A program made the translations under genes and the position numbers. Below are positions 1-12,597 of a stretch of DNA of 64,000 nt, in pieces. The stretch's first letter is position 1. Every line of letters begins with the position of its first letter. The notes below the pieces were generated by a model, which saw only the letters and a list, made by a program, of their open reading frames with translations, was not told the DNA's origin and made no database searches. Source of the DNA: Nymphaea colorata (taxonomy: Eukaryota); contig NC_045138.2 in the NCBI RefSeq assembly GCF_008831285.2, forward strand, positions 3,162,001-3,226,000, written 5' to 3'.

Positions 1-308
1 GGAACTAAACTGCAAGAGAGGAAATTTGCTTCTCTAAGCTAGCCTTGGCAGCAGGGTACTCAACAATTCATTGCTACAGGTGGGTAGAAAAAATGCCAAA
101 TAAAATGCATATTATGGCATGGCAGTATTATGGGCACTAATATGTAAGGTAACTGAATGCTCGAGTCATATCTTTCACCCAAATGCATGATGACTATTGC
201 CCAGTATATTAGACGATTAATTTGGCCAACATAGTCTATGATAATGGAATGTTTGCATGTCCCACTCATTAATAAAGTAAAACATTGACGAAGGAGAAAA
301 GCCATCAC

Positions 309-2178
309 CTTTTATAATTACGGTTTGTCCAATGGTATTGCATTCCTATTCGTTGTAGGAATCCATCCTTCTTCATCCCGTGCCATTCATTTTCAGATGG
401 AAATGTCACATGCAATGATGAAACCTGCAACTAAAATGGCATAAAAGTTGTGTTACATCTACTGCAAAATTATAACTGCAGGAGGTAAGAGTATTTGTAT
501 TCCAACAAAGAGCAGTCTGTTATGAAAAAACATATAGAACAATAATTAAAGTTGATGAACATAATCAAGCCTCACATAACCAACAAAGATTTTGTTCCTA
601 CAGGCTAGGTCTGCATTTATCGATAATACACTTGAAAATAAGGAGATATTGTATAGGCTTTCATATGCAGCATTTTCATGATAAGCATCCTAAAAAGAAC
701 TGAAAACTAGAAAAGAAATGCCGATTTCTGGAAGTACATTCTATGTGTACTGCATGAAATCATGACAACAAAAAATTTAGAGGCCATTAGGGCGACAAAA
801 CAAAGTTCTTCTGATAACAACAGAAGTTCAGAAGAATGTTGAACACCTCGATAGAAAACAATGTATTGCAACGTGAGAAACCAGAACAGCATTAAAGAAG
901 AGCAGAAATCAGAAGGTTATAAAGAATATTTTCTTTCTCCAAGTACCTTATCAGCCAGTGCCTTCATTGTAGTAATAAATTTTCCAAAGATTTGGTCTTT
1001 GCACCAAGTGTTTCGAATTAATATTCGTTGACCTGTTACTGGTGTAAATGGCACACAACATTGTAATTTTGGATAGTAATCAATGCCAAATCTGTAGTAA
1101 GCATCAGCCCATGAATGATCAAAGACAAACTCCCCATATGAGTGGCTGCAAATGTCAACATAAACATATCAGCTAGAGTATAAAACTTAAATATGGAAGA
1201 TGAGAAGGTCAAATCCGCCATGGTATTGTCGCTTTAAAACCTTTTAAGGTAGACTGGAGCAACACCTAGGATATTCTGATGTTGATCTCTTGCAACTATG
1301 TGCTGCGGCATCCATCCAGTTTCCTGAAGTAGATAAATCATAATTAAGTTAGAAAAATCCTCTCGCTAACATAATCATATAGGCAACATCAAACCACAAC
1401 GTGGCACAAACCAATCTACTAAGACGAGGAGCTTATTGAAGTTTGTCGTTTCATGGTCAGCCGCGATTCATTTGATAAATCCAGACATCAACATTAATAC
1501 GAAATTGACTAAAAATCCTGTCAAGGAAGGAATCCCACTTACCTTCACAGCACAACCAGTCTCCTCTAAGCTCGAAAGGAATCCATGAGAAAGGAATGGG
1601 TTAAATTTGTCGTGGCCCGTCGCATCCATTGCACAGACATCCCATTCTGCAGCGTCGATCTCCGAGATCGACGGACAAATCGAGAATGAAACAGTGCAAG
1701 GTTCCTCTACCCCATTGACCGAGGCTCCCTAAGGATCACTACCACAACATCAAAACGAAGGGCCCGATCCTCCTGGACAAATTTGGGGAGAAAAACAAGA
1801 AATTCCTGCAAGAAAAAGCTTACATCCTGAGGTGTCCGATTAATCGTAAAGGTTCCGAGAGAGAAATCCAATTCCTGGACTTGCACGCTGTTCTTGGGTC
1901 TCCAGAAAATGGCACAAATTCTACCGATTCGATCCCTTCTGCCTCTGAATTTTTGTGGGTATAAACTATTTACCTGCATAACCCAGTCTCAGCAAACATC
2001 CAATTCCGAAACCATGAAAACTCTGAAAATGGTCTCCAAATTTTGAACAACCACCCCGTCAAATTTCTTCTACCAAGCTCGCCGAGAAAAACAGAAAGAG
2101 AGGAAGGCTTACAGAGTCGAACAAGGACGAATGGAATGCCGGGCGGGCCCTTGCGGAGTAGCAAAGGCAGTCAACCAT
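309..2178 (-). CDS. FemAB-like / DUF482 GNAT-fold (acyl-CoA N-acyltransferase superfamily) protein; 5' part only, continues past the left window edge
   Basis: Exons 2178-2113, 1973-1824, 1728-1543, 1323-1241, 1145-947, 430-309 have GT-AG borders and consistent phases. They give MVDCLCYSAR...ISEIDAAEWDVCA...FNPFLSHGFLSSLEETGCAVK|ETGWMPQH...APVYLKSHSYGEFVFDHSWADAY...YYPKLQCCVPFTPVTG...SSLHVTFPSENEW...QYHWTNRNY. These motifs match the recalled DUF482/FemAB_like family (Arabidopsis At2g23390-like). Confidence 0.88.
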
Positions 2179-2936
2179 GGCTCTGTTCCACCACAGCTGC
2201 CCCCTTTCGCTGCTTCCTTCTTGCTTATCTGCTGCTGGAGCTAGCGAGCGGCGAACATGACCAAACTCCCCTGGATTCTTGCAGCAGTGGAAGTGTCGCC
2301 ACGTGGCAGAAGCAGGGCCATGCAGCGTCGGACGATTCAGAAGGGGATCGAGGCACAGAAACCGGGTGGACGGTGGTCATCGACCAGCCCAACTTCGTCG
2401 ACTCTTACTGCAGCAGGTTAAGTGACCGCCAGCCCGATAAACGATACCGCTGGTGAAGCAGCTGTTTCTTTCCTTCGGTTGAAAAAAGCGAACATTCTCC
2501 AGTTTATATTGCAGTATAACTGCAGTGTAAATCACTATTATGGTTCGTCTCAATCTCTATTGTTCTTAGTTCTAAACCATTGTTGATTTCGCTATCTTTA
2601 TGCTGTAAATCACCATTAATATGTTTATCAGGGAAGATCGCCTTTGTGATATAAAATGCTCTCTATTTGTGCTTTGTAGAATCACATTTTTTTGTGTAAA
2701 TCATTTGTTATGCTATTTAACTTACTATTGAATTGCCAACAAGAGGATATCTCGTTAGCCAGGTCCGATCCGTTCCCACTAATTCAGACTTATTTATCCC
2801 AGAAAATTCTGATCCCAATTAAAGTCATGCAGCACTACCAGGATCCGATGGAATGGGGAATGTAGTTCTTCCTCTTGTACAAAAAAATTATTTAGTTTGG
2901 AGAATGTTTCCAGTTGACACGTTTACCATATCAAGT

Positions 2937-3004
2937 ACCAATAACAGTCAAGTCCAGTTTGGCTCCGAACCAATAACAGTCAAGTCCAGTTTGGCTCCGA
3001 ACCA
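2937..3004. repeat. 32-bp perfect tandem duplication
   Basis: ACCAATAACAGTCAAGTCCAGTTTGGCTCCGA x2. Confidence 0.95.
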
Positions 3005-3867
3005 TTGAACTGTATTCATGTCATTTTTGTTCTTCATAGTTGACCGTCCATCTAGCCTCAAATGATCAAGTGATATAACAATAGTTGGTTGGACAGCAAA
3101 CATAGCAAACATGTAGAAGGGAGGATGGATGTGTTCTATCCCACCTAAGTTTCGACACAGCTCAGAACCCCAAAGGCAACGAGAATAAGAGACCTTCTTG
3201 TCTCTTCAGATAGTGGGCTGTTAACCTTCTTGGCAATTGAACACACGTTAGAACAAAAAAGCCTTTAAATTAAGGGGAAAGATCCAATGTATAGATCAGG
3301 TTCCACTTTCTGTTCTGGATTTTAAGGTGAGGGACAGAGAGCAATCTGGTGAAGGAAGCACAATCTACGCAATCAAACGCTTGATGCCCTAACGTCTCCA
3401 AGGCGGCCTTTACTTAGGAGTTTGTGTAGTTCCTGATGCAAGTTGTAAAAAACACCTTATGCCCTCATCATTTCATAAAACTTCATATGCATTAGTGTCA
3501 AGCGACTTCATCAACAGCTCACTACTGATAATTAATAAAAAAAAAGTTTCTGCTTCCCTCAAGACATACAACCATGAGAATTAGAACTTTTTTAGAGAGG
3601 CTTTGCAAGAATTGTTGATCCACAAGTGTTTTGCCAATCAACTTCGGTCCACGTATCTATATGGAACTAAAGCCTGGATCGTAACCGTAAACTTCATCAG
3701 AGGCTTTCCACAATCTGTAATTTAGCGCGACACTGCATTTAACAGAAACATTTAAAACAAGATGTGCATTTACTCAATTTATCACCCTTCGGAGAAAAGC
3801 ATGCTCAGATGATGGTGTTTGTACAATGCCGACCGCTTGATAGCGAATATATAGCTGTGATTTACAA

Positions 3868-6800
3868 CTATGTTACGATAATTGAGATTAAAATGGTAGA
3901 GAACAAAAACAAAATCCAATATTTACTTGATCTACAGGCATTAACGGAGTTTGTTGTCCTACAAAAACTTGCCAGAAGACCTGCAAGTACCATGAGGAAA
4001 GCTAATGCCCCACATATGAAGCTTAACAGAAGAATGATGAGAACTTTATGCTCCACGTCCATCTGATCAGATGCCCGACTCTCTATTTCCAGTCTGAGAA
4101 AATAAATAGAGGGTAAAGATAATGTAAGAACGGACGACAAAAACCGGTGCAACTTGCACAAGTACTATCATTTGGGTCGATTGCAAGATGGATATGTTTT
4201 TATTTTCCAATCAGAGCATCTAAAACCACAAATAATGCAAGCATGCAAAACCTCATGCTGTTAAAATGGGAAAACACGGATCTCCTCATATCCACAGAGA
4301 ATTATTTAATATTGTGATCATGCACAACTAAAGAACTCAGGGGAGATCATCAAGAAGAAGATTTAAACACATCTTATTGCATGGTTGCACAGATAACATG
4401 CCGTCATATACTAGTTATCTAAGAGTAAGCATGGACAACATTTCTTTTCAAATCTGGAAAAGAGTTCCACGGGCAACTTCTTCCACCAACATAAGAAACC
4501 TATGACAGACAGTCAGACCACTTCCAGTGCGACTGCTATACATCAAGGGAAAAACATTGCTACCATAACTCATCCAGTAGACAAAGAAGCCTTAGTAAAA
4601 ACAGAAAAGAAAATATATTGAGCAAAATTGCACTATCATTTGATAAGAAAATGAGAAAAGAAAATATAATGAGCAAAATTGCATTATCATTTGATTGAAA
4701 ATTTTTCATTTCCTTATTTGTAAATTAATCTGCACTGATCGTGAACGCTTGTGAATCTAGGTAGTCTAGTTTAGGTACTTGGCAATTTACAATTAGCACT
4801 TTTTTCTAGTGAAAACTTTCAAATATCAAATAAAACTGTATCAGAGAACCTAAATGTCACAGGTTAACACTAACATACCATGTGGAAGATGCCAACAAGA
4901 AACAACGTTCTAGTAGGAAACTATCTTTCAGCTTCATGACTCACTTCATCAAGACGCATACAACGAAAGTCACTTTAACGATGCAACAGTAAAGTAGGGT
5001 GATATAAGTTTCATCATCGATTGGACCAGAGAAATTTGTCCAACTCTTTTGAGCATCATACATGATAACAGAAAAGGGATCAAATGTCCCCAGATGGAAA
5101 TATATACCAAATGCGAAATATATACCAAATGCACAAGATAAGATTTATTTGGAACTGAATTTTCAATATGGAACAAGAAACGAAGCCTTGGTGGAATCAT
5201 GGAGGCGGAAAAATTTAGAACTTATGAGCAATATGCGCCATGTTACATATATGAACAGGACAAGAAAGCGAGTAAGAGCTAGCATCAAACCTGAGATTTC
5301 TATTATCCAAAATCAACTTGTCCATCTGAGAACCAAAAGAAGATTTCCAAGCCAAAAGGTTATCGACATCTCCAGCCTGGAAAGCAAAAAATGGTCCGTA
5401 AGAAGAAACTGCAACAAAATGTTATAAACCATATTCCATATATCGTTAAAGAATGACAGAATAGCACTTACAATGACCTCATTGCTTTTTCTGAGATCCC
5501 CTGTTATTGATCTAATATCCTGTACAAGTATTTCTTTATCAGATAACTCTTCACCGAACTCCCTAAAAACCTCTCCATATCTGGAGTTTAACTCTATGAT
5601 GTATCTTTCCAAGACAGAGAAATTCAAATCTAGCGATCTGAGTTTCTGCATCAGTATCTTAAGTACAGTATCTCCAGGCATTCTTCCGTTATGCTTTCGT
5701 CTTAATTCAGCAACCATCTCATGGTTAAAGCTCTTCGAAAAGTCATGTTTCTGGGTTTCAAGCTTAGAGTTGTAATCCGATAGTTCTTGAGATGACCCCG
5801 TCAGGTAAGAAGAAGAATCTGGCCCGTCTACTGGTTTATTAAGCTCATTCTTATTATCCAGACCGGTATTCCCTTGAATAGATGTCTGATCCATTGGTGG
5901 TTCTTCTAACCTAGGTGCTTCATCATGATGAGGCATCAAATCTTCCAGCATCTTCTCAATTGCATCAATACCATACACTTCAAAAACACTCAATGTGCAG
6001 TAGAACTCTGAACCGTAATGAGTGAGAAAATTTAACTTCAGGTACCTAGCCCACCTTGGCTCTTGAAGAGTGAACCTTTGGGCATGCCGTACATTTCTTG
6101 CTTGAAACTTTCCAAGCTGGGTCCAGTTCTCTGTGGGATAAACCGAACTGCTTAGTAGCACGAAATCCTTCAAGTTTGAAGAATGATGTTCGAAATTTGC
6201 AATTTCTATCATGTCTACCAAGGTTTCCTCTGAAAGTTCAATAATAACAAAGTTCTCCTCTACAGAGCATGGGTTCCGGAGGTATTTGTCCTTGTCTTTT
6301 TCCAATATATTGGACGCACCTTTTGCTTCTTTATTGCAATCCAGGACCTTAGCTCCCTTCGAAGCACCTGCATAGTTGTACTCCTTCCCACCAGGCTCCA
6401 ACCTGTGAACTATGCTTCTAAGCTGATCCCTCTCAGGTCTGCCCTTTGAGCTGATAGCTTTACTTTTGAATTCATCAAGGTCAAGTAATGCAAAAGCAGA
6501 CAGGTCATGGTTCCTGTCCGTGTCCTCTTTCACATGTTCTTCCACAAAATTTTCCTGGCTCTCTGCTTCCTCATCCGCTGCTTCCGGTGGAACCTTTCCA
6601 TAATTGAGAAGAATGCATGAACCTTCTGTACCGAAGGAACGGATTACCACAGATTCTGAAATGCTTCCTTCTATTGAATCTACATCCTTTGCATGTTCAT
6701 CATCAAGGGCATGTTTTAGCACTAATTGTGCCAATCCATCTCGTTCACTTAACTTAAAGATTTGTCTCTCTCCGGTATAGAAGGAACCATTCCGTTTGGA

Positions 6801-7214
6801 TGTGAAAGCCTCTTTAATATCTGAAAAAAAAAAAACAGGAAATCGTAAAAGTCTATAAGGTTAAGGGTCTTGAGATTAGCGAGAAAAAATAGAAAATGAA
6901 AAGCCCGATTTGAAGCCGAAAATTTATACTAGGTAAATCAATTCAATCAAGCAGTCAACGACATTCGCAGCAAAAGACAATTTGAGGGATAAGCCTAACA
7001 GCCAAACGTAAAAACAGGCATTCGGTAATTCAAAGGAAGATAAAAACTTACACGTGTATCCGTCACCAAGTCCCATCCACAAATTCAGAAGAAATATGAG
7101 ACCCCATGAAATGAGGACTAGGGGGACGGAGACTGTGTATAGCCGTTTCTTCAACAAGAAGAAATTCGCCAAAGCTCCTCTTCTTTGAAGAAGAGTTCTG
7201 TAAGATCTCTGCAT
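3868..7214 (-). CDS. Mid-SUN domain protein (SUN3/SUN4-like), 607 aa
   Basis: Exons 7214-7052, 6820-5472, 5376-5291, 4093-3868 total 1824 nt in frame. N-terminus [12 protein letters not shown] is followed by a TM helix. The central SUN domain is [13 protein letters not shown]...[11 protein letters not shown]...[12 protein letters not shown], followed by [15 protein letters not shown], a coiled coil and two C-terminal hydrophobic helices. Confidence 0.93.
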
Positions 7215-7770
7215 TCTCTCATCGGAATTGGACCATTCTGCAACTACAAGGATGGAGAAAATGAGCGTCAATTCAATAGAGCTAACTAGACAAATAGAAA
7301 AGCTTCTATGTAAAAGGCCTTAGGTGTTCCCAATCCGACGGTAATAGTACTTTATTCTGATGCCTGTGACGAACACTTCACGCTAACGTTGCTACTGTAG
7401 TAGCGTTTACAGATGCGCTACTGTAGCTTATCAGGGAAAAAAGGAGACAGGGAAAGAACCAGACTCTTCTACTAATATACAACAAGACGTCAAATCTCCA
7501 ACCTCCCAAATGGACCAATATAAGTACTGAAAGGGATTGAACCGTGAACGGGACGAGAGAAATTTGAAAATATGGTGCCAAAAAACGTAAGCCACCAAGG
7601 GAGAATACTGCCTAGAAAGACTGAAAGGACGGAGATTTTACGGCAATCAATTTAGTGAATGGATGGTTCTTCTCCACTCATCAAAGAAAGCGAAGGGAAC
7701 AAAATTCGATCTATCAGCGCATGTACCAGCTCCGCCAGAAAAAAACAAGAGAAAAAAGGAATAAACAGTA

Positions 7771-7880
7771 CCTCCGCTCATATATTAGTCAACCACTTCA
7801 CAAGCTCATGGGAAGCCGGTAGTATGCAAAGAGAAGTCGATCGTTCGTGAAACAACGGGGAGAGAGAGAGGTGGCACAAG
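7771..7880 (-). other. Probable non-coding first exon (5'UTR) of the mid-SUN gene
   Basis: CT-rich start on the minus strand (GA run at about 7860-7871) ending in the donor GAG|GTACTG at 7770. A T-rich intron follows, with a TTGCAG acceptor just upstream of the ATG at 7214. Confidence 0.5.
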
Positions 7881-9089
7881 GCACACATGTACTACACGGA
7901 GTTCAGTGGGGGTAAAATCGGCCAATCATCTTGTTCAAAAAGATCTACAAATTTAAAATTTCCCATGTTCACACAGCTGGCCACTAGAATAGATTATTGT
8001 CGTCATTGGAGTGCTCTCCACATGGAAAGGTCTCCCATATTTAAAAATGCAGAAGAAAGAGAAAGCCAACCGTATATTTCACGGAGAACGCACACTCTTC
8101 TCAGAAAGGAGTCCTATACCACTCCGATGCCATGCTTCGTCGAGGAAAATGTCTCCTATCTATCACACGCAAAGCGGTCTATTCATGCCCAGTAATGCAA
8201 TACCTCCCCATAGTTGACCAGCAATTAAAGAATTCCGACCTTCCCATCCCCCGTTTTAATGAAATGGAATTTTACGGCCGGAACGGTGTAAATTAGTTAA
8301 AATTTAAAAATGATTTCAAGCGGAGTTCAAAATTTTTCCTAAGCAATTTTTCAACAGCCGTACTGCATAAAATATTTTATATGAGAAAAAAAGTTTGGCA
8401 ATTAAACGGCTAAACACCCCCACTCCCTGGAGAGATGGAAATAGTAAGAAACTTTTTGCAGGAAAAAAATTACCTCATATAACTATTTTAAAAGAGAACA
8501 TAGTACAAACGCACATAATTTTTCAAGGTTAATTAAAAATGTTCTAAGTTTTTTTTTGTCGTAAGACTTTAGTTAATAAGAAAAGTATCCACTTTGCCCT
8601 CTAAAAAGAAGCGTGCGGAAAGAAATATATCAAAATTTGCAAACACACCTAAGATTTTTCTTACGTCACCTTCTAGCAATAATGGAAAAGAAAATATTCG
8701 GCTTACTCATTCTGATATTAATAAGATACTAATTCAGATATAGTTACACATTAATTAATAATATCGTCCGTTAGAGTTGAAAACGCAAGTATAAACTAAT
8801 GAATATGAAAATTGTTTCATGGTAAGGGTGTTTTAGCCAGTTTATATCGGTGGCCTGTCTTAAGTTAGTGATAAGGTTTAACTGAAGAAAAAAATATTTT
8901 TGTTAACTGTGGAGAACTTAGTTGTGTTTAAGAAAAGATCAAAAGGTCAGTGCCATTTGTTTTATTGTTAAATTCTTAGATGTGCTTTTTATTGTATTTG
9001 AAGATTTCCCTTCGAAATAATTGCAGTTGCCCCCTTCATTTAGCTGCATGTCTGAATCGGGCACAGTCTGTGACTCAATGTAAAATATA

Positions 9090-11665
9090 CAGCAAACGTC
9101 TTCCGCTTCAATTGACAAGAGAAGAAAGGAGCAACTGTCTAAACTACCTGGTAACCCCTTAAAGCACCGACCACTTAATGGGTCCGCTGTCCAGAGGAAA
9201 CTCCATGTGAGCCAGACTAGTGACCACGACTATGTCCTGGGAAGACAATACCAAGTTAAAATTCTTATGCTAAAGAACAACAATCCTCAACTTGGTAAAC
9301 AAATTCTTTCCCGAAGAATGAGGAATTCGTTTAAACAACGGCTGGTTTTCAGCACCAGTAAGGCATAATACTTAAATTCTTGAATACGTAAAGTATATAA
9401 ATATCCCAGCACAATCCAGTTGTGTGAAAGCAACAGAAAAATGAAACAAAAGCAGAACTTCTCAAAGGCGCAAAATTGCAACGGAACATCAATGAAACCA
9501 AAGCAGCCAGCCCCCCACACATGCAACACTACATGATTTCCTCATTTCCTTTCCATGCCTTAATAAGAAAAAAGTAAATGAGGTAGAACTTACGAAGAAT
9601 AATAGTAAATTGTTTCCATACATTTCTGCGCCAAAAGAAGGAACATTCTTTCTGGCAGTGGACAATAGATATAAAAAAATAAACTTGACAAGCAAGAACA
9701 GTTGCCAGTGGACCTAAACGGAGGTTTTCTTTTTCGCCCTGGCAAAATGCATTTTTTAATTGTAAGATAACGGTAAGCTGAGGCCCTAGGTTTCACCAAG
9801 AGACGCATACGGAATATTGAATTACAGAACCCCTCTGATACGAACTTTTCGCGTCGGAGACCCGCTCAGCCAGGTGGAAGGAACTGCTCTGATTAGCTTC
9901 CAGGAAACACGTTTCGAAACACCCAAATCTCCCCCCTTCGTGAAAGTCGCATAATCAGCGGACTCCCCGGAGAACAGAAGCGTTGAAAAATTTTTTCACA
10001 TGGAAAGAGAAAGAAATGAGAACCAAAAGGAACAAGCCAAGAGCGAAAAAGTGCCTAAAGACCAAGATAAGCACCCCAATAAAAGGAGGAATCAAATTAG
10101 ATAAGATCAAAACTGAAGGTCAAGATAAGCACCCCCAACAAAAGGAGGAATCAAATCATACCCGAATCGAAATTATCGAGTTTCAAAATATTTAGAAAAT
10201 TTTAAGCGAAATTATTAGGCAATTGTATACCAATTATATATGAAGAAAATGAAAACCAGGAAAAACTTTAGGAGACAAATACACCCTGGTGGAATGAAAA
10301 GAAAAGGCATCTTAGCTCAGTGGAATCATGGAATCCCCAAGAATAATAAGAAAGAAGGATTCAAAAGCGCGAAGAAATCGAAGTTCCAATTTCTGTACTG
10401 ATGCAACCACAGATGATCAATTGAAGAAAGAAGAATCAAGGAGCCTGCATAGAAAGAGCAAAAAATTTCCTCCTCCCAGATGAACGTGGCATCAATTGAA
10501 GAACTGATAACGAATCTTCCTCAATTGGAGCCAGTGAGAAAACAAGCTAATGTGAAAAAGACCCTCAAATATCTCTGTCATGAACCAGATGAATGCCGAG
10601 ATTTTCCTTTATGTACTTTGAATTCGACCAGTTTGTAATCTGACACAGGAATTTGCCAACTGAAACCATGAAGTTGATAAAAACAAAACAACTAGAGCTT
10701 GCATCGATCTGATCCTTGGGAAACTACGGGACTTTGACTACAAAAATTGCAAGGACAAGAACAGATAGACTTCGTTGTCTGAGTTCAACTACAACAGGCG
10801 CATCGACGATCTGAGGAAATAAGAAAATTTTCTCGGCTCAAACCAAGAAAAACCAGGCGACCAAAAGAGAAAAGTTAACTGCTTCTAAAGTAGTGAAAAT
10901 CTTGAACCATACGGAGCTCAGGTAAGTTCCTTCTCCGTTCACCCGAATCTCTGCACTGACGACCTAAGAAGTAACGAGTCTTCTATCCCAAAAAAAGCAA
11001 AGAAGTTTCCACGGCATAAGACGAACAGAGACTCATCCAAGCAAAAAGACCGCCAAATTCCCCTTTCAATTCATCGAACTTCCAAAAAGCGTTTTCTCGT
11101 TCTAGAAACTAATCGAGAATTCACCAATATCTTCCAATCAAAATGAAACTTAAACGTAATCTAATCATATTCCGACCGTCGGTCCCTGCCTACGGAGAAA
11201 GACGAATCACAACTCTGCAGCCATCCCGCACTCCACCGAAACTTTCGCGACTAAACAAGAAACAAAGCCAAAAAAGGAACCGGATTCGCTCGAAATCGGC
11301 AGCCAAGCCTTAAAAAGATCAACGAGTCAGAATCTCGCAACTATGCACTCAAACGAAAAGACATAGTCAAAGCTAAACCTGATCCAGTTTCCAACCAGCA
11401 AGAACAGCTCAAATGAACGACGAAAGCAGGAGCTCAATCTGTCCACAACGACGCAGGAAAGTCCTCTTTCCCGTAACGCAGATCCACACACACACACATA
11501 TATATATAGGGATAGAGATAAAGAGAGAGAGAGAGAGAGAGAGAGACTACCTCTCTAGATCTGCAGTGAGCTGCGGCCACGAGATGGACGTGAATGGAAG
11601 GGATCGGCGCCGACACCGAGAGGCCGGACGGCGACGGAACTCTCTGGAATCTGACCGCCGTTGGT
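9090..11665 (-). ncRNA. Putative spliced long non-coding / small-ORF transcript
   Basis: TATAAAAAA at 11695-11687 precedes a GC-rich, ATG-free exon (about 11665-11551). Donor GAG|GTAGTC is followed by (CT)n, and acceptor TTTCTTATTTCCTCAG lies at 10811. No recognisable ORF downstream. The 3' end is approximate. Confidence 0.45.
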
Positions 11666-11686
11666 GTTCCCGCTCCCCCTCGAATA

Positions 11687-11695
11687 TTTTTTATA
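11687..11695 (-). promoter_or_regulatory. TATA box
   Basis: TATAAAAAA in a GC-rich context, about 25-30 nt upstream of a leader-like exon. Confidence 0.5.
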
Positions 11696-12383
11696 TCCTT
11701 TCGGCTTCCACCGCCCCTTTTTCCACCTCAGTGTTGTCGCTTCCCGCACACAACTCTCACTCGGAAACGGGGAAAGGTGGTAAAGGTAAGTGCAACCGAC
11801 GGAGGGAGGATCGACATGAAAAAGGGCAAAATGGGGAATTCACACCCTCGACGAGGAATCAGTAGTCACCAGATCCCCAAAACCGAATCCGCATGGATTG
11901 TGAATCGGCAAAATATATCTTTAAAAAATTAATTGAACAAAATAAATGGAAATGGATATACAAAAATAGCTAAAATAAAATTTTATTATCTTTTATTCGT
12001 ATTAATACTTTTGAAAGTTGGTTTTTTAATATATAATCACGTAGTTTGAATGTGCTTGCTACATGTCGATTGTGAATTTAAAAGATGGACCCATGTTTTC
12101 AAATTAAGAACAATATTAACTCCAAATTATAATATGATTATGCAAACATTTGATAAATTAGATATAGTAAAGAGATTCGGATCTAGTCTGCTGACATGCT
12201 TAATTGAACATGATCAAACTCATTACATGTGTTCTGACAAAAAAAAAAAGGCTTAAATTTAAAGGATACTTGCTTGGATCAAGTCATCAGTTTCAAACTT
12301 GAATTGAGTTCGAGCCTACTCAAGCTGAGTTATTGAAGCTTTGGTCGATGAGAAAAACAATAGCCATTTCAATCAAAGCTTAA

Positions 12384-12597
12384 GGGCCGTTTGATTGCAT
12401 CAAAATTAAAATCCATAGATCTAAAATGGATATGATGTGACATATTTTTCTTGATGTGGCAAAAAATCCATAGTAAAAAATATATGGTTTATCAAATTAA
12501 GGCATAGATCCACATTTGAAATTCTTATTGTCTTTTTACATATCATATTTAAAATGCAAAAAGTTTTCATATTAAATCTACAGATATCAAATGCCCC
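12384..12597. mobile_element. Tourist/PIF-Harbinger-like MITE
   Basis: TAA|GGGCCGTTTGAT ... ATCAAATGCCCC with an AT-rich interior. Confidence 0.55.

Noticed and set aside
2043..2456. 137-aa plus-strand ORF
   Set aside because: Antisense to the FemAB-like first exon and promoter; no family motif.
11413..11932. 150-aa and 112-aa plus-strand ORFs
   Set aside because: They run through (CA)/(TA)/(GA) microsatellite and GC-rich promoter DNA; splice and TATA signals point to the minus strand.
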